A stretch of DNA of 64,000 nucleotides from Alphaproteobacteria bacterium (GCA_965232515.1 CBDDPY010000002.1:5312001-5376000), one strand, 5' to 3'; counted from the stretch's first letter, positions 28,072 through 38,826 are shown. The notes: generated by a model not told the origin, from the letters alone. Numbers and translations: made by a program.

Positions 28072-29175
28072 ATGACGAAATCGTTTGTCGCCGCGGTGGG
28101 CGCGATGCTGGCGGCCAGCCTGGCCTTGAGCGCCTGTCAGGAGGAACAGGCCGCCGAGGCGCCGGAGGTGGTGCGGCCGGTCAAGGCGATCAAGATCGGC
28201 GATGCCAGCGTCCTGCAGGAGCGCTGGTTTCCCGGCCGGGCTCAGGCGGCGCGGGAAGTGGAGCTGTCGTTCCGCGTCGCCGGGCCGCTGATCGAATTCC
28301 CCATCAACGTCGGCGACCGGGTCGAGGAGGGCGCTGTCCTCGCCAGGATCGACCCGGCCACGTTCAAGGCCGAGGTCGACCGCATCGCCGCCAACGTCAA
28401 CCGCGCCCAGGCGTCGCTGCAGAATGCGAAGCTGCAGCTCCAGCGCCAGGAGACGCTTTACCAGAAGGGCCACGTCGCCAAGGCCGCGCTGGACCGGTAT
28501 ATCGCCGCGGAGGGCGAAAACAGCGCCGAGGTCCGCTCGCAACAGGCCAACCTGCAACGCGCCCGGCTCGACCTCGGCTACACCACCATCACCGCGCCGT
28601 TCGCCGGCGTGGTCGTCGCCACCTACGTTGAGAACTTCGAGGAAGTGCGCGAGAAGCAGCGCATCCTGCGCCTGCTCGACCCGGCGCAAATCGAAATGGT
28701 CGTCAACATTCCGGAAAGCATGATTTCGCTCGCGCCGCAGGTAGAGGAGGTGGTCGTCATCTTCGACGCTTTTCCGGACGTCGAGATCACCGGCACGATC
28801 AAGGAGATCGGCGCCGAAGCCTCCGAAGCCACGCGCACCTATCCCGTGACGCTGGCCATGGAGCAGCCCGACGGCATCGAGATCCTGCCCGGCATGGCCG
28901 GACGGTCGACCAGCAGGACCGTGATCGGACCCGACAGGAACGGGCTCGAGGTCGAGGTGCCGGTTTCGGCGACCTTCGGCGGCGCCGACGGCGCCTCCAT
29001 GGTCTGGGTGATCGACGAAAGCACCATGCAGGTGGCGCAACGCGCCGTCACGACGGGCAGTCTGACCAACCAGGGCATCCTGGTGACGGACGGACTCGAA
29101 TCCGGCGAATGGGTTGTCACGGCCGGCGTCAACTCGCTGAAGGAAGGCCAGAAGATCCGAATCCTCGAGAACTAG
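28072..29175 (+). CDS. RND efflux periplasmic adaptor (MFP)
   Basis: Lipobox LSAC, LSFRVAG, ITAPFAGVV, TRTYPV. Confidence 0.93.
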   Translation: MTKSFVAAVGAMLAASLALSACQEEQAAEAPEVVRPVKAIKIGDASVLQERWFPGRAQAAREVELSFRVAGPLIEFPINVGDRVEEGAVLARIDPATFKAEVDRIAANVNRAQASLQNAKLQLQRQETLYQKGHVAKAALDRYIAAEGENSAEVRSQQANLQRARLDLGYTTITAPFAGVVVATYVENFEEVREKQRILRLLDPAQIEMVVNIPESMISLAPQVEEVVVIFDAFPDVEITGTIKEIGAEASEATRTYPVTLAMEQPDGIEILPGMAGRSTSRTVIGPDRNGLEVEVPVSATFGGADGASMVWVIDESTMQVAQRAVTTGSLTNQGILVTDGLESGEWVVTAGVNSLKEGQKIRILEN

Positions 29176-29189
29176 TGTAGGAGCCGGTC

Positions 29190-32100
29190 ATGCAGGCAAT
29201 CGTCGCCTTCGCGCTCACCAAGCGCACCGTCACATATTTCGCGACCGTCCTGCTCTTCATCGGCGGCATCGCGTCCTACTTCACCCTCGGTCAGCTCGAA
29301 GATCCGGAATTCACCATCAAATCGGCGGTGATTTCGACCGCCTATCCCGGCGCCAGCCCGCAGGAGGTCGAGCTCGAGGTGACCGACCGGATCGAGCTGG
29401 CGATCCAGGAAATGCCGCAGATCGACTACATCGAGTCGCTGTCGCGCGCCGGCCTCTCGATCATTCAGGTCAACATTCGTCCCAGCTTCGTCTCCGAGGA
29501 AATGCCGCAGATCTGGGACGAGCTCAGGCGCAAGATCCGCGATGTCGAGGGCTCGCTGCCGCCCGGCGCCGGCCGGCCGGACGTGGCCGACGACTTCGGC
29601 GATGTCTTCGGCTTTCAGCTCGCCGTCACCGGCGACGGCTTCAGCTATGCCGAGCTCGAGCGCTACGCCAAGGACCTGAAACGCGAGCTCAGTCTCGTCA
29701 AAGGTGTCGCCCGTGTCGATCTCTGGGGCGCCCAGCAGAAGGTGATCTATCTCGACGTCGCCGAAACCCAGCTCACCCAGCTCGGCATCAGCGACCAGAG
29801 CATCGAATCGACGCTGCAGATCCAGAACATGGTGGTCGACGCCGGCAGCGTCGATTTGCTTGACCGGCGGCTGCGCATCGCGCCGACGGGCGCGTTCGAG
29901 ACGCCCGAGGATATCGGCAACCTGACGATCCAGCCGAGCCTGACCGACAGCCTGCAGATCCTGCGCGAGGAAGACACGCCCAGCGTATCGGGAGAACTGA
30001 TCCGGATCCGCGATATCGGCACCGTGATCCAGGGCTATGCCGATCCGCCCAACACCATGATGCGCTACAACGGCCTGCCGGCGATCGGCGTGTCGATCAC
30101 CAACACCAAGGGCGTCAATATCGTCGAGCTCGGCACGGCGATCGACGCACGCCTCGCCGAGCTCACATCGGCGCTGCCGGTTGGCATCGAGGCCCATCGC
30201 GTGCACTGGCAGTCGGACATCGTCGACGCGGCCGTGATGAACTTCCTGATCTCGTTCCTCGAGGCCGTCGCCATCGTCCTGGTCCTGATCGCCCTGTTCA
30301 TGGGCTGGCGCATGGGCGTGATCATCGGCACCTCGCTGGTGGTGACGATCCTGGCCAGCTTCATGCTCATGGCGCTGTTCGAGATCGACCTGCAGCGCAT
30401 GTCGCTCGGCGCGCTGGTCATCGCGCTCGGCATGATGGTCGACAATTCGATCGTCGTCGCCGACGGCATATCCGTGCGGCTGCAGAAGGGCATGAGCCGC
30501 ATGCAGGCGGCGATCGAGGCCGCCGCCCAGCCCTCCATGCCGCTGTTGGGCGCGACCGTGATCGCGGTCATGGCCTTCTTCCCGATTTTCGCGTCCGAGG
30601 AGGACGCCGGCGAGTACTGCGCCACGTTGTTCAGCGTCGTCGCCATCTCGCTGCTGACCAGTTGGATCATCTCGATGACGCTGACGCCGTTGCAGTGCAT
30701 CGACATGCTGCCCGATCCGAAGCAGGGCGAGGGCGCCGATGACCCCTATGGCGGCCGCTTCTTCGGCGTCTTTCGCGGCCTGCTCGAGCGTTGCATCCGC
30801 GGCCGCTGGCTGACCATCGCCAGCATGGTCGGGCTCCTGGTCCTGGCCGGCTTCAGCTTCCAGCGGGTCGAGCAGCTGTTCTTCCCGGAATCCTCCATGA
30901 CCAAGTTCATGATCGACTATTGGGGACCGGAAGGCTCGCGCATCGAGCAGACCGCGGCCGCCGTGCGCCAGGCCGAGGAAAAGATCATGGCCGACGAGCG
31001 GGTCACCGGCGTCGCCTCTTACATCGGCGCCGGCCCGCCGCGCTTCTACCTGCCGGTCGAGCCGGAGAAGCCCTATGCCTCCTACGCGCAGCTCGTTGTC
31101 AACGTGAAGGACTATCGCGACATTCCCGACATCATCCGGGAATGGACGCCGTTGTTCGCCGAAAACTTCCCCGATGCCGTGGTGCCGCTCCGGCAGTTCG
31201 GTGTCGGTCCCGCCTTCACCTGGAAGTTCGACGTGCGCGTGATCGGGCCGGGCGATGCCAGGCCCGAGACGCTGCGCGCCATCGCCACCGACCTGCGCGG
31301 TCTGGTCGAGGCCGACCCGCTGACGGCCTACACCCGCACGGACTGGCGGCAACAGGTGCTCAAGGTCGTGCCCGAATACAGCCAGGAGCGCGGCCGCTGG
31401 GCCGGCGTGACGCGTGAAGACATCGCGCGCGCCACCAAGCGCGCCTTCGACGGCCGGCAGATCGCGCTCTACCGCGAGGACGACGACCTGATCCCGATCG
31501 TCCTGCGCAACATCGAGGACGAACGCCGGAATGTCGGCGGCCTCGACGTGATCGACGTCCAACCCGCGCTGTCGACCGACCCGGTGCCGCTGTCGCAGGT
31601 GACGCAGGTCATCGATACCCAGTGGGAAGAGCCGCTGATCTGGCGCCGCGACCGGCGGCGCACCATCAAGGTCCAGGGCAACCCCGTTCTCGGCGAAACC
31701 CTGCCGACGATGCAGCAGTCGATCGCCGGCGACCTGCAGGGTTACCAGCTGCCTGCCGGTTATAGCTGGGAATGGGGCGGCGAGCACGAGTCGTCGCGTG
31801 ATGCCCAGGCCTCGCTGATCCCGGGGATCATCCCTGCCGCCGTCGTCATGCTGTTCATCATGGTGGCGCTGTTCAACGACTTCCGGCCGCCGCTGGTGAT
31901 CGTGCTGACGATCCCGCTCGCCTTCATCGGCATAACGTTTGGCCTGTTGGCGACGGGCGCCGCCTTCGGCTTCCTGGCCCTGCTGGGCGCGATGTCGCTC
32001 GCCGGGATGATGATCAAGAACGCGATCGTGCTATTGGACGAGATCAACATCCAGATGGCGGAGGGGCTCAGCCGCTACGACGCCACGATCATGGCGGCCG

Positions 32101-32315
32101 TCTCGCGCCTGCGGCCGGTGGCGCTCGCCGCCGCCACCACGGTGCTCGGCGTGGTGCCGCTGATCCAGGACCCCTTCTTCGTCGGTCTTGCGGTGACCAT
32201 CATGGCGGGCCTCGCCTTCGGCACCGTGCTCACCATGCTGGTCGTGCCGACGCTCTACGCCACGATCTACGGCCTCGCGGCGGCGAAACTGGTCCCGGCC
32301 GCCGCCCCGGCGTGA
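29190..32315 (+). CDS. RND efflux permease (AcrB/AcrD/AcrF family)
   Basis: 1041 aa, YPGASP, GMMVDNSIVV, IKNAIVL, RLRPV. Confidence 0.95.
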   Translation: MQAIVAFALTKRTVTYFATVLLFIGGIASYFTLGQLEDPEFTIKSAVISTAYPGASPQEVELEVTDRIELAIQEMPQIDYIESLSRAGLSIIQVNIRPSFVSEEMPQIWDELRRKIRDVEGSLPPGAGRPDVADDFGDVFGFQLAVTGDGFSYAELERYAKDLKRELSLVKGVARVDLWGAQQKVIYLDVAETQLTQLGISDQSIESTLQIQNMVVDAGSVDLLDRRLRIAPTGAFETPEDIGNLTIQPSLTDSLQILREEDTPSVSGELIRIRDIGTVIQGYADPPNTMMRYNGLPAIGVSITNTKGVNIVELGTAIDARLAELTSALPVGIEAHRVHWQSDIVDAAVMNFLISFLEAVAIVLVLIALFMGWRMGVIIGTSLVVTILASFMLMALFEIDLQRMSLGALVIALGMMVDNSIVVADGISVRLQKGMSRMQAAIEAAAQPSMPLLGATVIAVMAFFPIFASEEDAGEYCATLFSVVAISLLTSWIISMTLTPLQCIDMLPDPKQGEGADDPYGGRFFGVFRGLLERCIRGRWLTIASMVGLLVLAGFSFQRVEQLFFPESSMTKFMIDYWGPEGSRIEQTAAAVRQAEEKIMADERVTGVASYIGAGPPRFYLPVEPEKPYASYAQLVVNVKDYRDIPDIIREWTPLFAENFPDAVVPLRQFGVGPAFTWKFDVRVIGPGDARPETLRAIATDLRGLVEADPLTAYTRTDWRQQVLKVVPEYSQERGRWAGVTREDIARATKRAFDGRQIALYREDDDLIPIVLRNIEDERRNVGGLDVIDVQPALSTDPVPLSQVTQVIDTQWEEPLIWRRDRRRTIKVQGNPVLGETLPTMQQSIAGDLQGYQLPAGYSWEWGGEHESSRDAQASLIPGIIPAAVVMLFIMVALFNDFRPPLVIVLTIPLAFIGITFGLLATGAAFGFLALLGAMSLAGMMIKNAIVLLDEINIQMAEGLSRYDATIMAAVSRLRPVALAAATTVLGVVPLIQDPFFVGLAVTIMAGLAFGTVLTMLVVPTLYATIYGLAAAKLVPAAAPA

Positions 32316-32325
32316 CGAGTCGAGG

Positions 32326-32943
32326 CTAGCTCCGGGTCGCGACGACGGCGGCGGCGCCGGTCATGACGACGGCGCTGCCGCGGTTGACGGCGCGCAGCGC
32401 CCTGGGCGTGGTCAGCAGGCGGCGGGCGCGGCTGGCGCCGGTCATATAGGCTGCCAGCACGCCGATATAGACCACGACCAGCAGCACGGAGAGCTGCAGG
32501 AAAGTGCCCATGTCGACGCCGGTCACGTCGATGATGTTCGGCAGCAGTGCCAGGTAGAACAGCATGGTCTTGGCGTTCGCCAGCGCCATCACCAGGCCGC
32601 TGCTGATATCGCCCAAACGCCAGGTCCGGCCGGCGGGCGCGTGACCGTCGCCCGCTGCGACCGGCGCGGTCCAAAGCTTGTAGGCGAGATAGACCAAATA
32701 AGCCGCGCCGGCCCATTTCAGCGCGACCATGATGTCGTGCATCCAGGTCGCCACCGCTGCGATGCCGAACACGGCGCAGGCTAGCCAGACCACGTCGCCA
32801 ATCACCAGCCCGACGGCGAAGGCCAGGTTGCGGGCGCGGCCTTGCGCCAGCACGCGCGCCACCAGCGCCACCATCGACGGTCCCGGCGTTGCGATCGCCA
32901 CCGCCAACGCCGCCGCAAAGACCAGAACCGACCAGACTTCCAT
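32326..32943 (-). CDS. LysE/RhtB family exporter
   Basis: TPGP, GAAYLVYLA, NAKTMLFY. Confidence 0.9.
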   Translation of the reverse strand: MEVWSVLVFAAALAVAIATPGPSMVALVARVLAQGRARNLAFAVGLVIGDVVWLACAVFGIAAVATWMHDIMVALKWAGAAYLVYLAYKLWTAPVAAGDGHAPAGRTWRLGDISSGLVMALANAKTMLFYLALLPNIIDVTGVDMGTFLQLSVLLVVVYIGVLAAYMTGASRARRLLTTPRALRAVNRGSAVVMTGAAAVVATRS

Positions 32944-33014
32944 CACGCCTTTCCCCTCACGTCCGGTCGGAGCTTCGCCCGAGTGCGCCTCGTTGTCCAT
33001 GTCTGTGTCGGTTT

Positions 33015-33102
33015 CTGGATTGCCGGGTCAAGCCCGGCAAAGACGAAATTGGCTATGACTTAAACCAAATTCGTCATGCCCGGACTTGATCCGGGCATCC
33101 AG
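33015..33102. repeat. REP-like palindrome doublet
   Basis: CTGGATTGCCGGGTCAAGCCCGGCAAAGACG and CGTCATGCCCGGACTTGATCCGGGCATCCAG. Confidence 0.85.
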
Positions 33103-33109
33103 GGATGCA

Positions 33110-33895
33110 TCAGTGGTCTGCGAGCAATCGGCCCAGGCCGTCGATACGGTCGTCGAGCCCCAGCGTGCGGAGCGCGTGCCAGAGCGTCGCTTGGTTCGAG
33201 GTGACCACGGGCAGGCCGAAGCGGGCTTCCAGATCGGCGATCTGCGGCAGCACGGGCAGGTCGGTGCAGCTGATGAACAGGCCGTCGCAGGCATCCGCCG
33301 CGACAACGCGCGCCGCCAGATCCTTGATCACGTCGGCCGGCACGCGGCAGAGATAGCGGTATTCGTCCGGCGTTTCGCCGATGCCCAGACCCTCGACCGC
33401 CGTCACCGTGAAGCCGTGGCCCTCGAAATAATGCCGTTCGTGATCGTTCAACGCCTGGACGTAAGGCGTCGCCACGGCGAGCCGCTGGATGCCCAGCGCC
33501 CGCAGCGCCGCCAGGATCGCGCCCGTCGTGGTGATCGCCGGCTTAGCGGCGCGGTCCGCCATGTGCCGGCACAGAGCCGTTTCGTCGATCAGCATCGAGC
33601 CGGCCGTGCAGGCATAGATCAACAGGCTCGGATCGGCCGGCGTCAGCATGTCGACGGCGCGGTCGATGTCGGCATGGACCGCGTCCTCGAATCCCGGTGC
33701 CGCGGCGTCGAGATGCAAGGGCGTGCGCATGGTGTGCACGGTCACGCCGGCCGGCGCGAGCCGCGCGAACTCGGCCTCGTTCGTGGTGTTGCTGGGCGGT
33801 ACGATCAGGCCCAGACGCGCCCGCGCGCCATAGATTCGGAACCAGTCGGCCCAGGCCAATATCCGCGGGTTGGCCTCGGCCGTCGTGTCGACCAT
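33110..33895 (-). CDS. Asp/Glu racemase / maleate isomerase family protein
   Basis: GLIVPPSN, YACTAGS, ATPY, ISCTDL, TSNQA. Confidence 0.9.
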   Translation of the reverse strand: MVDTTAEANPRILAWADWFRIYGARARLGLIVPPSNTTNEAEFARLAPAGVTVHTMRTPLHLDAAAPGFEDAVHADIDRAVDMLTPADPSLLIYACTAGSMLIDETALCRHMADRAAKPAITTTGAILAALRALGIQRLAVATPYVQALNDHERHYFEGHGFTVTAVEGLGIGETPDEYRYLCRVPADVIKDLAARVVAADACDGLFISCTDLPVLPQIADLEARFGLPVVTSNQATLWHALRTLGLDDRIDGLGRLLADH

Positions 33896-33899
33896 CTTG

Positions 33900-35108
33900 T
33901 CAATCCGGCTCCACGGCCATCGATCGCTCGACCGCGTCGATCATCGCGCTCTTGCGCGCGAACGGCACCAGAAGCGCCGGATCGCCGGCGATCTGCTGCA
34001 TCCGCTCCATATGCGCGCGGCGCTTGGCCGGGTCCGTCTCCTCGATTGCCTGCTTGTTGCTGTGCGTATGCTCCTGCACGTATTCGGTGGCGATGGCCTG
34101 GCGCTGGATGCTGTAGTGGTCCAGCATCCGGTCGGCGTCGGCGCCGTGCCGCAGGATGCGCTCCAGCTTTTGCGCCAGGTTCACCGCGTCGTGGATGCCG
34201 CCGTTCATGCCCATGCCGCCCAGCGGGTTGTTGATATGCGCGGAATCGCCGGCCAGCGCCACACGGCCAACGCGATAGGTCGCGGCGACGCGCTGATGCA
34301 CGCGGTAGAGCGTGCGATGGGCGATTTGGTAGTCGCCGTCCCTGGCGGCGATGCCCTGCAGGCGCCGCTGCAGCGTTTCGTCCGACAGCGCGTCCGCTTC
34401 GGTCGCGTCCGCCGCCACCGGCAGCAGCACCCGCCACAGGTCCGGCACCCGCAGCAGAACGAACCATTCGTCCGGATCGGCCACGTAGTTCACGTAGGCG
34501 AGACCGTCGAAATCCCCGGCGAAGTCGTGCGGCGTGCTGGCGACCAGCCACTGGTCGGGATAGGTGAAGCCCTCGAAGCCGATGCCCAGCGACGTGCGGA
34601 CCACGCTGGAGGCGCCGTCGGCGGCGATCAGATAGTCGCCGGCATGCGTTTCCTCGCCGTCCGGCCCGCGCACCGTGACGCGCACGCCGTCGTCATCCTG
34701 TCTGATGCCGGTGACCGGTCGTGCGAATTGCACCTCGACTTCGGATCTCTCCTGCAAAGCTTCGACGGCGATGCCCGTCAGCTTGAACTGCTCGCATTGC
34801 AGCCGGAAGGGATGGTCGGTCAGGTCCGAGAGGCAGCCGAGGTCGAAGGTGGCGTAGTCGCCGCCGCGGCGGTCGCGGAACTGATAGGTCGGCGCCTTCA
34901 GGCCCATCGCCAGCAGCCGCTCGGTCAGGCCCAGCGGCGCCAGCATGTCGAGCGTCGGCGGATGGAAGGTCGAGGCCCGGAGGTCGAGCGGCAAGTCCGC
35001 CTCGGCCTCGAAAACGGTGACCCGGATACCGGCCCGGGCCAGGATCAGCGCCGCGACGCAGCCGGCCGGCCCGGCCCCGGCGATCAAGACATGGGGTTCG
35101 TTACGCAT
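33900..35108 (-). CDS. FAD-dependent monooxygenase
   Basis: GAGPAG, ADGASS, GDSAH..NPLGGMGMNGGIHDA. Confidence 0.92.
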   Translation of the reverse strand: MRNEPHVLIAGAGPAGCVAALILARAGIRVTVFEAEADLPLDLRASTFHPPTLDMLAPLGLTERLLAMGLKAPTYQFRDRRGGDYATFDLGCLSDLTDHPFRLQCEQFKLTGIAVEALQERSEVEVQFARPVTGIRQDDDGVRVTVRGPDGEETHAGDYLIAADGASSVVRTSLGIGFEGFTYPDQWLVASTPHDFAGDFDGLAYVNYVADPDEWFVLLRVPDLWRVLLPVAADATEADALSDETLQRRLQGIAARDGDYQIAHRTLYRVHQRVAATYRVGRVALAGDSAHINNPLGGMGMNGGIHDAVNLAQKLERILRHGADADRMLDHYSIQRQAIATEYVQEHTHSNKQAIEETDPAKRRAHMERMQQIAGDPALLVPFARKSAMIDAVERSMAVEPD

Positions 35109-35222
35109 TACCGTGTTCCACCACTCGCAGTGGATGTCGTATACAATCGCGCGATGAGTGACAAGCGGGGCAACGGGGCCGGGCCGCAAAACCGGCCCCG
35201 AGCAAAACTGTGGAGGCAGAGT

Positions 35223-36173
35223 ATGAAGCGTAGAACCATGATCATTGCCGGCCTGCTGACGGCGGCGATGGCCGGCGAGGCCGTGGCCCAGACCGTCGGG
35301 CTCGGCTCGACCACGCGGGGCGGCACCAGTCAGATCGGCCGCTCGATCGCGGCCGTGATTTCCGAGCATTCCGGCATGCAGATGCGGCCGCAAGAACTGG
35401 CCAACACGGCCGACTACATGCCGCTGGTGAATGCCGGCGAGCTCGAGTTCGGCATTTCCAACGTGGTTCAGCTCTACTACGCCTTCAACGGCACCGGCAT
35501 GTCGGAAGGCCGGCCGAACAAGGATCTGCGGCTCGCCGCCGTGCTGATGCCGTTCCGGGCCGGCTTCATCGTGCCGAAGGATTCAGCCATCCAGTCCGTC
35601 GCCGACCTGCGCGGCAAGAATGTGCCGATGTTCAAGAAAGGCGCGCTCGGCGACCACGTGGTCCGCGCCTACCTGGCGAACGCCGGCATGACCGTCGATG
35701 ACGTGAAGGGCGTGCCGGTGCCGAATTTCCCGCGCATGTGGGACAGCTTCAAACAGGGCTCGACCGACGTGACCGTCGTGGTGGTCGGCTCGGGCCAGAA
35801 CCGCGAGCTCGACAAGACCTTGGGCGGCGTGCGTTTCCTGTCCTTCGATCCGGCCGCCGACAAGCTCGCGGCCATGCAGGAATGGCTGCCGCAGATGTAT
35901 CTGCTGCCGGTCGAGCCCAGCCCCAAGATCCCCGGCGTCATGGCGACGACCAACGTGATGACCTACGACTACACGTTCTTCGCCCATAAGGACGTCTCGG
36001 ACGAGACGGTCTACGAAGCCGTGAAAACGCTCTACGAGCAGGAGGCCCCGCTCAAGGCCTCGGGCCCGTTCTGGACCGGCTTCACGCCCGGTCGCATGGC
36101 GAACGACGTGAACGTGCCGTTCCACGAAGGCGCCATCAAGTTCTACAAGGACGCCGGCATCTGGAAGCAGTAG
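35223..36173 (+). CDS. TAXI-family TRAP substrate-binding protein
   Basis: Signal peptide, SVADLRGK, PFHEGAIKFYKD. Confidence 0.92.
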   Translation: MKRRTMIIAGLLTAAMAGEAVAQTVGLGSTTRGGTSQIGRSIAAVISEHSGMQMRPQELANTADYMPLVNAGELEFGISNVVQLYYAFNGTGMSEGRPNKDLRLAAVLMPFRAGFIVPKDSAIQSVADLRGKNVPMFKKGALGDHVVRAYLANAGMTVDDVKGVPVPNFPRMWDSFKQGSTDVTVVVVGSGQNRELDKTLGGVRFLSFDPAADKLAAMQEWLPQMYLLPVEPSPKIPGVMATTNVMTYDYTFFAHKDVSDETVYEAVKTLYEQEAPLKASGPFWTGFTPGRMANDVNVPFHEGAIKFYKDAGIWKQ

Positions 36174-36207
36174 GGGTGCAGCGGCACCCCGCGAAACCCA
36201 GCCCTTT

Positions 36208-36292
36208 CGTCATTGCCGGGCTTGACCCGGCAATCCAGGACTGCGGCCTCCAATGGGCGCCCTGGATGCCCGGATCAAGTCCGGGCATGACG
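36208..36292. repeat. REP-like palindrome doublet (same two units as at 33015)
   Basis: CGTCATTGCCGGGCTTGACCCGGCAATCCAG and CTGGATGCCCGGATCAAGTCCGGGCATGACG. Confidence 0.85.
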
Positions 36293-36334
36293 ATGTGGGC
36301 TGGATGTCCAGCGGCCATCTAGGCCACCCCGCGC

Positions 36335-38269
36335 ATGACCCTCGCCGACCGCCACCCATCCGGACCGGCGCCGTCCGGCCCGCTCGCCCGCGTGGCCGAG
36401 CCGGGCATGGCGGGGCTGCTGACGCTGCTCACGATCTTCTGGGCGTCCGGGCTGCCGCTGTGGATCGGCGTGCGGGTCTATGCCGAGCAGATCCTGATCT
36501 CGGTGCTTTGCCTGGCGATGGCGCTCTGCTTCCTTGCCCGCCCGGCCAATCGGGGCGCCGGGCGGCCCAGCGTGCCCTGGTACGACAAGGCGCTCGCCGG
36601 CATCGCCATCCTGTTCGGCATCTACCTCACCTGGCGTTTCCCGGTCCTGGCCGACGAGGTGTTCTACCGCCCGGTTGAGGCCATGATCGTCTCCGCCGTC
36701 GGCCTCGTCCTGCTGCTTGAAGCGCTGCGCCGCGGCGTCGGCTACAGCCTGATCGTCGTGCTCGGTCTGGTCTGTCTCTACGCGCTGTTCTCGGATCAGC
36801 TCGAGGGACCGCTGCAAAGCCGCGCCGTATCGCCCAAGCGCCTGCTCACGTTCATGGTGCTCGACAGCGCGGCATTGGCCGGCGCGGCGCTCTATATCGC
36901 CGTCGCCGTGGTGCTGCCCTTCGTTCTGCTGGCGAAGCTGCTGCTGGCGACCGGCGGCTCGGCGTTCTTCTCCGACGTCTCCTCGGCGCTGCTCGGCCGT
37001 TCGCGCGGCGGTTCGGCCAAGATCGCCATCGTCGCCTCCGGCCTGTTCGGCTCGATCTCCGGCAGCGCCGTCTCCAACGTCGCCTCGACCGGCGGTATCA
37101 CCATCCCGCTGATGAAGCAGGGCGGCTACCGCGCCAGGACGGCGGCGGCCATCGAGGCCGCGGCGTCGACCGGCGGCCAGTTGATGCCGCCGATCATGGG
37201 CGCGGCCGCGTTCCTGCTGGCCGAGAACCTGCAGGTGCCCTATCGCGAGGTCATCCTCGCCGCCCTGATCCCGGCCATTCTCTACTATCTCAGTCTGTTC
37301 CTGTTCGCCGATCTGGAAGCGGCGCGCTCGGGCATCGCGCCGGTCGACGCCGAGCGGATCCCGCCGCTCGGCCGCACGCTGGCCCGCGGCTGGTTCATTC
37401 TGCTGCCCTTCGCGATCCTGATCGTCAGCCTGTTCCAGTTCGGCCTGCCGCCGGAAACCGCGGCGCTGATCGCCGCCGCCTCGCTGGCCATCGTGTCGCT
37501 ATTTCGCACCTATGGCGGCGACCGCCTGCGCCCCGCCGACTATGTGCAGGTGCTGGTCGATACCGGCCGCTCGGCCATCGACATCGTCTTGATCTGTGCC
37601 GTCGCCGGCATCGTCATCGGCCTGTTCTCGCTGTCGGGTCTCAGCTTCGGCCTGTCGTTTTTCCTGGTGCTGCTGGGCAAGACCAGCCTTTGGCTGCTGC
37701 TGGCCGTGACGGCCGTGGTTTGTATCCTGCTCGGCATGGGCATGCCGACGGTCGGCGTCTATCTGCTGCTGTCGACGCTCGCCGCGCCGCCGCTGATCGA
37801 GCTCGGCCTGCTGCCGATGGCTGCGCATCTGTTCGTGCTCTATTTCGGCATGATGTCGATGATCACGCCGCCGGTCGCCATCGCCGCCTTCGTCGCCGCC
37901 AACATGGCCCAGGCCGAGCCCATGCGCACGGGCGTCGAGGCCGTGCGCGTCGCCTGGCCGGCTTACGTGGTGCCGTTCCTGTTCGCCACGGCGCCGGCCC
38001 TGATCCTGGCCGACGACTGGATCCATGTGGTGATCGCCGCCGGCACGGCCGGGCTTGGCGTCTATGCCGTCACCATGGCCATCGTCGGCTATGCCGCGGC
38101 GGCGCTCGGGCCGATGGCGCGCGCCGGGTTCGCCGTGGCCGGCATCGCCCTGCTGCTGCCGCACTCGCTGTTCGACGGCGCCGCCATCGTCACCGCCGCC
38201 GGCTTGGCCGCCGCCGCGGCGCTCTGGTTGCACGCGCGCAGCCGCGCGGCCGTGTCGCGCTCGGCCTGA
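36335..38269 (+). CDS. TRAP transporter fused permease (4TM/12TM)
   Basis: SGSAVSNV, ASTGGQLMPPIMGAAAF, LGMGMPT, ITPPVA. Confidence 0.94.
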   Translation: MTLADRHPSGPAPSGPLARVAEPGMAGLLTLLTIFWASGLPLWIGVRVYAEQILISVLCLAMALCFLARPANRGAGRPSVPWYDKALAGIAILFGIYLTWRFPVLADEVFYRPVEAMIVSAVGLVLLLEALRRGVGYSLIVVLGLVCLYALFSDQLEGPLQSRAVSPKRLLTFMVLDSAALAGAALYIAVAVVLPFVLLAKLLLATGGSAFFSDVSSALLGRSRGGSAKIAIVASGLFGSISGSAVSNVASTGGITIPLMKQGGYRARTAAAIEAAASTGGQLMPPIMGAAAFLLAENLQVPYREVILAALIPAILYYLSLFLFADLEAARSGIAPVDAERIPPLGRTLARGWFILLPFAILIVSLFQFGLPPETAALIAAASLAIVSLFRTYGGDRLRPADYVQVLVDTGRSAIDIVLICAVAGIVIGLFSLSGLSFGLSFFLVLLGKTSLWLLLAVTAVVCILLGMGMPTVGVYLLLSTLAAPPLIELGLLPMAAHLFVLYFGMMSMITPPVAIAAFVAANMAQAEPMRTGVEAVRVAWPAYVVPFLFATAPALILADDWIHVVIAAGTAGLGVYAVTMAIVGYAAAALGPMARAGFAVAGIALLLPHSLFDGAAIVTAAGLAAAAALWLHARSRAAVSRSA

Positions 38270-38283
38270 CAGGCGCCGGGCAT

Positions 38284-38826
38284 TCAGCTCGCGAAGCGGG
38301 CGTTCGCTTCGGCGAAGGTGCGGCGGGCCTTCTCCACGTCGAACGGCGCTTCTGTCAGCGTTTCCGGACACCATTCGCTGCGGCCGGGGGCGAAGAAGTC
38401 GCCGCCATAGACATGCAGCGCCGCCGTCATGCGCGGGATCGGGTTGGTGACGGAATGAACCACATCCCGGCCAAGCGCGGCCACGTCGCCACTGCCCAGG
38501 TTCTTGGCACCGGCGGCCTCGATCGAGTCTCCGGTGCGGCGCCAGAAAATGTTGTCCTCGCGTCCGGAATAGATGCCGATCACCGCCCACATGTTGTGAT
38601 TGTGCGGCATCAGCGTCATCAACGGCGCCCAGGCGAAATTCAGGATCGTCAGGTCGGGTCCGTTGTAGAGCGGCACGAAGCCGGCCGCCTCTGGTTCGCC
38701 GAGTGCTGAAATGACGGCGGCCGGATCGGACACCGCCCGCGTCACCACCTCGCGCATGGCGCAGTGGCTGTCATCCTCGGCGCGGGCCTCCCGACAATCC
38801 ACGATAAAGCGTTCTATATCGAACAT
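38284..38826 (-). CDS. Cysteine dioxygenase-like cupin
   Basis: PHNH..WAVIG, HSV, ALHVYGG. Confidence 0.85.
   Translation of the reverse strand: MFDIERFIVDCREARAEDDSHCAMREVVTRAVSDPAAVISALGEPEAAGFVPLYNGPDLTILNFAWAPLMTLMPHNHNMWAVIGIYSGREDNIFWRRTGDSIEAAGAKNLGSGDVAALGRDVVHSVTNPIPRMTAALHVYGGDFFAPGRSEWCPETLTEAPFDVEKARRTFAEANARFAS

Noticed and set aside
33870-35222. 767-aa extended TAXI protein, and similar extensions at 55573, 44534 and 47008
   Set aside because: The extensions overlap real genes in other frames or strands. Downstream starts have an RBS or signal peptide.
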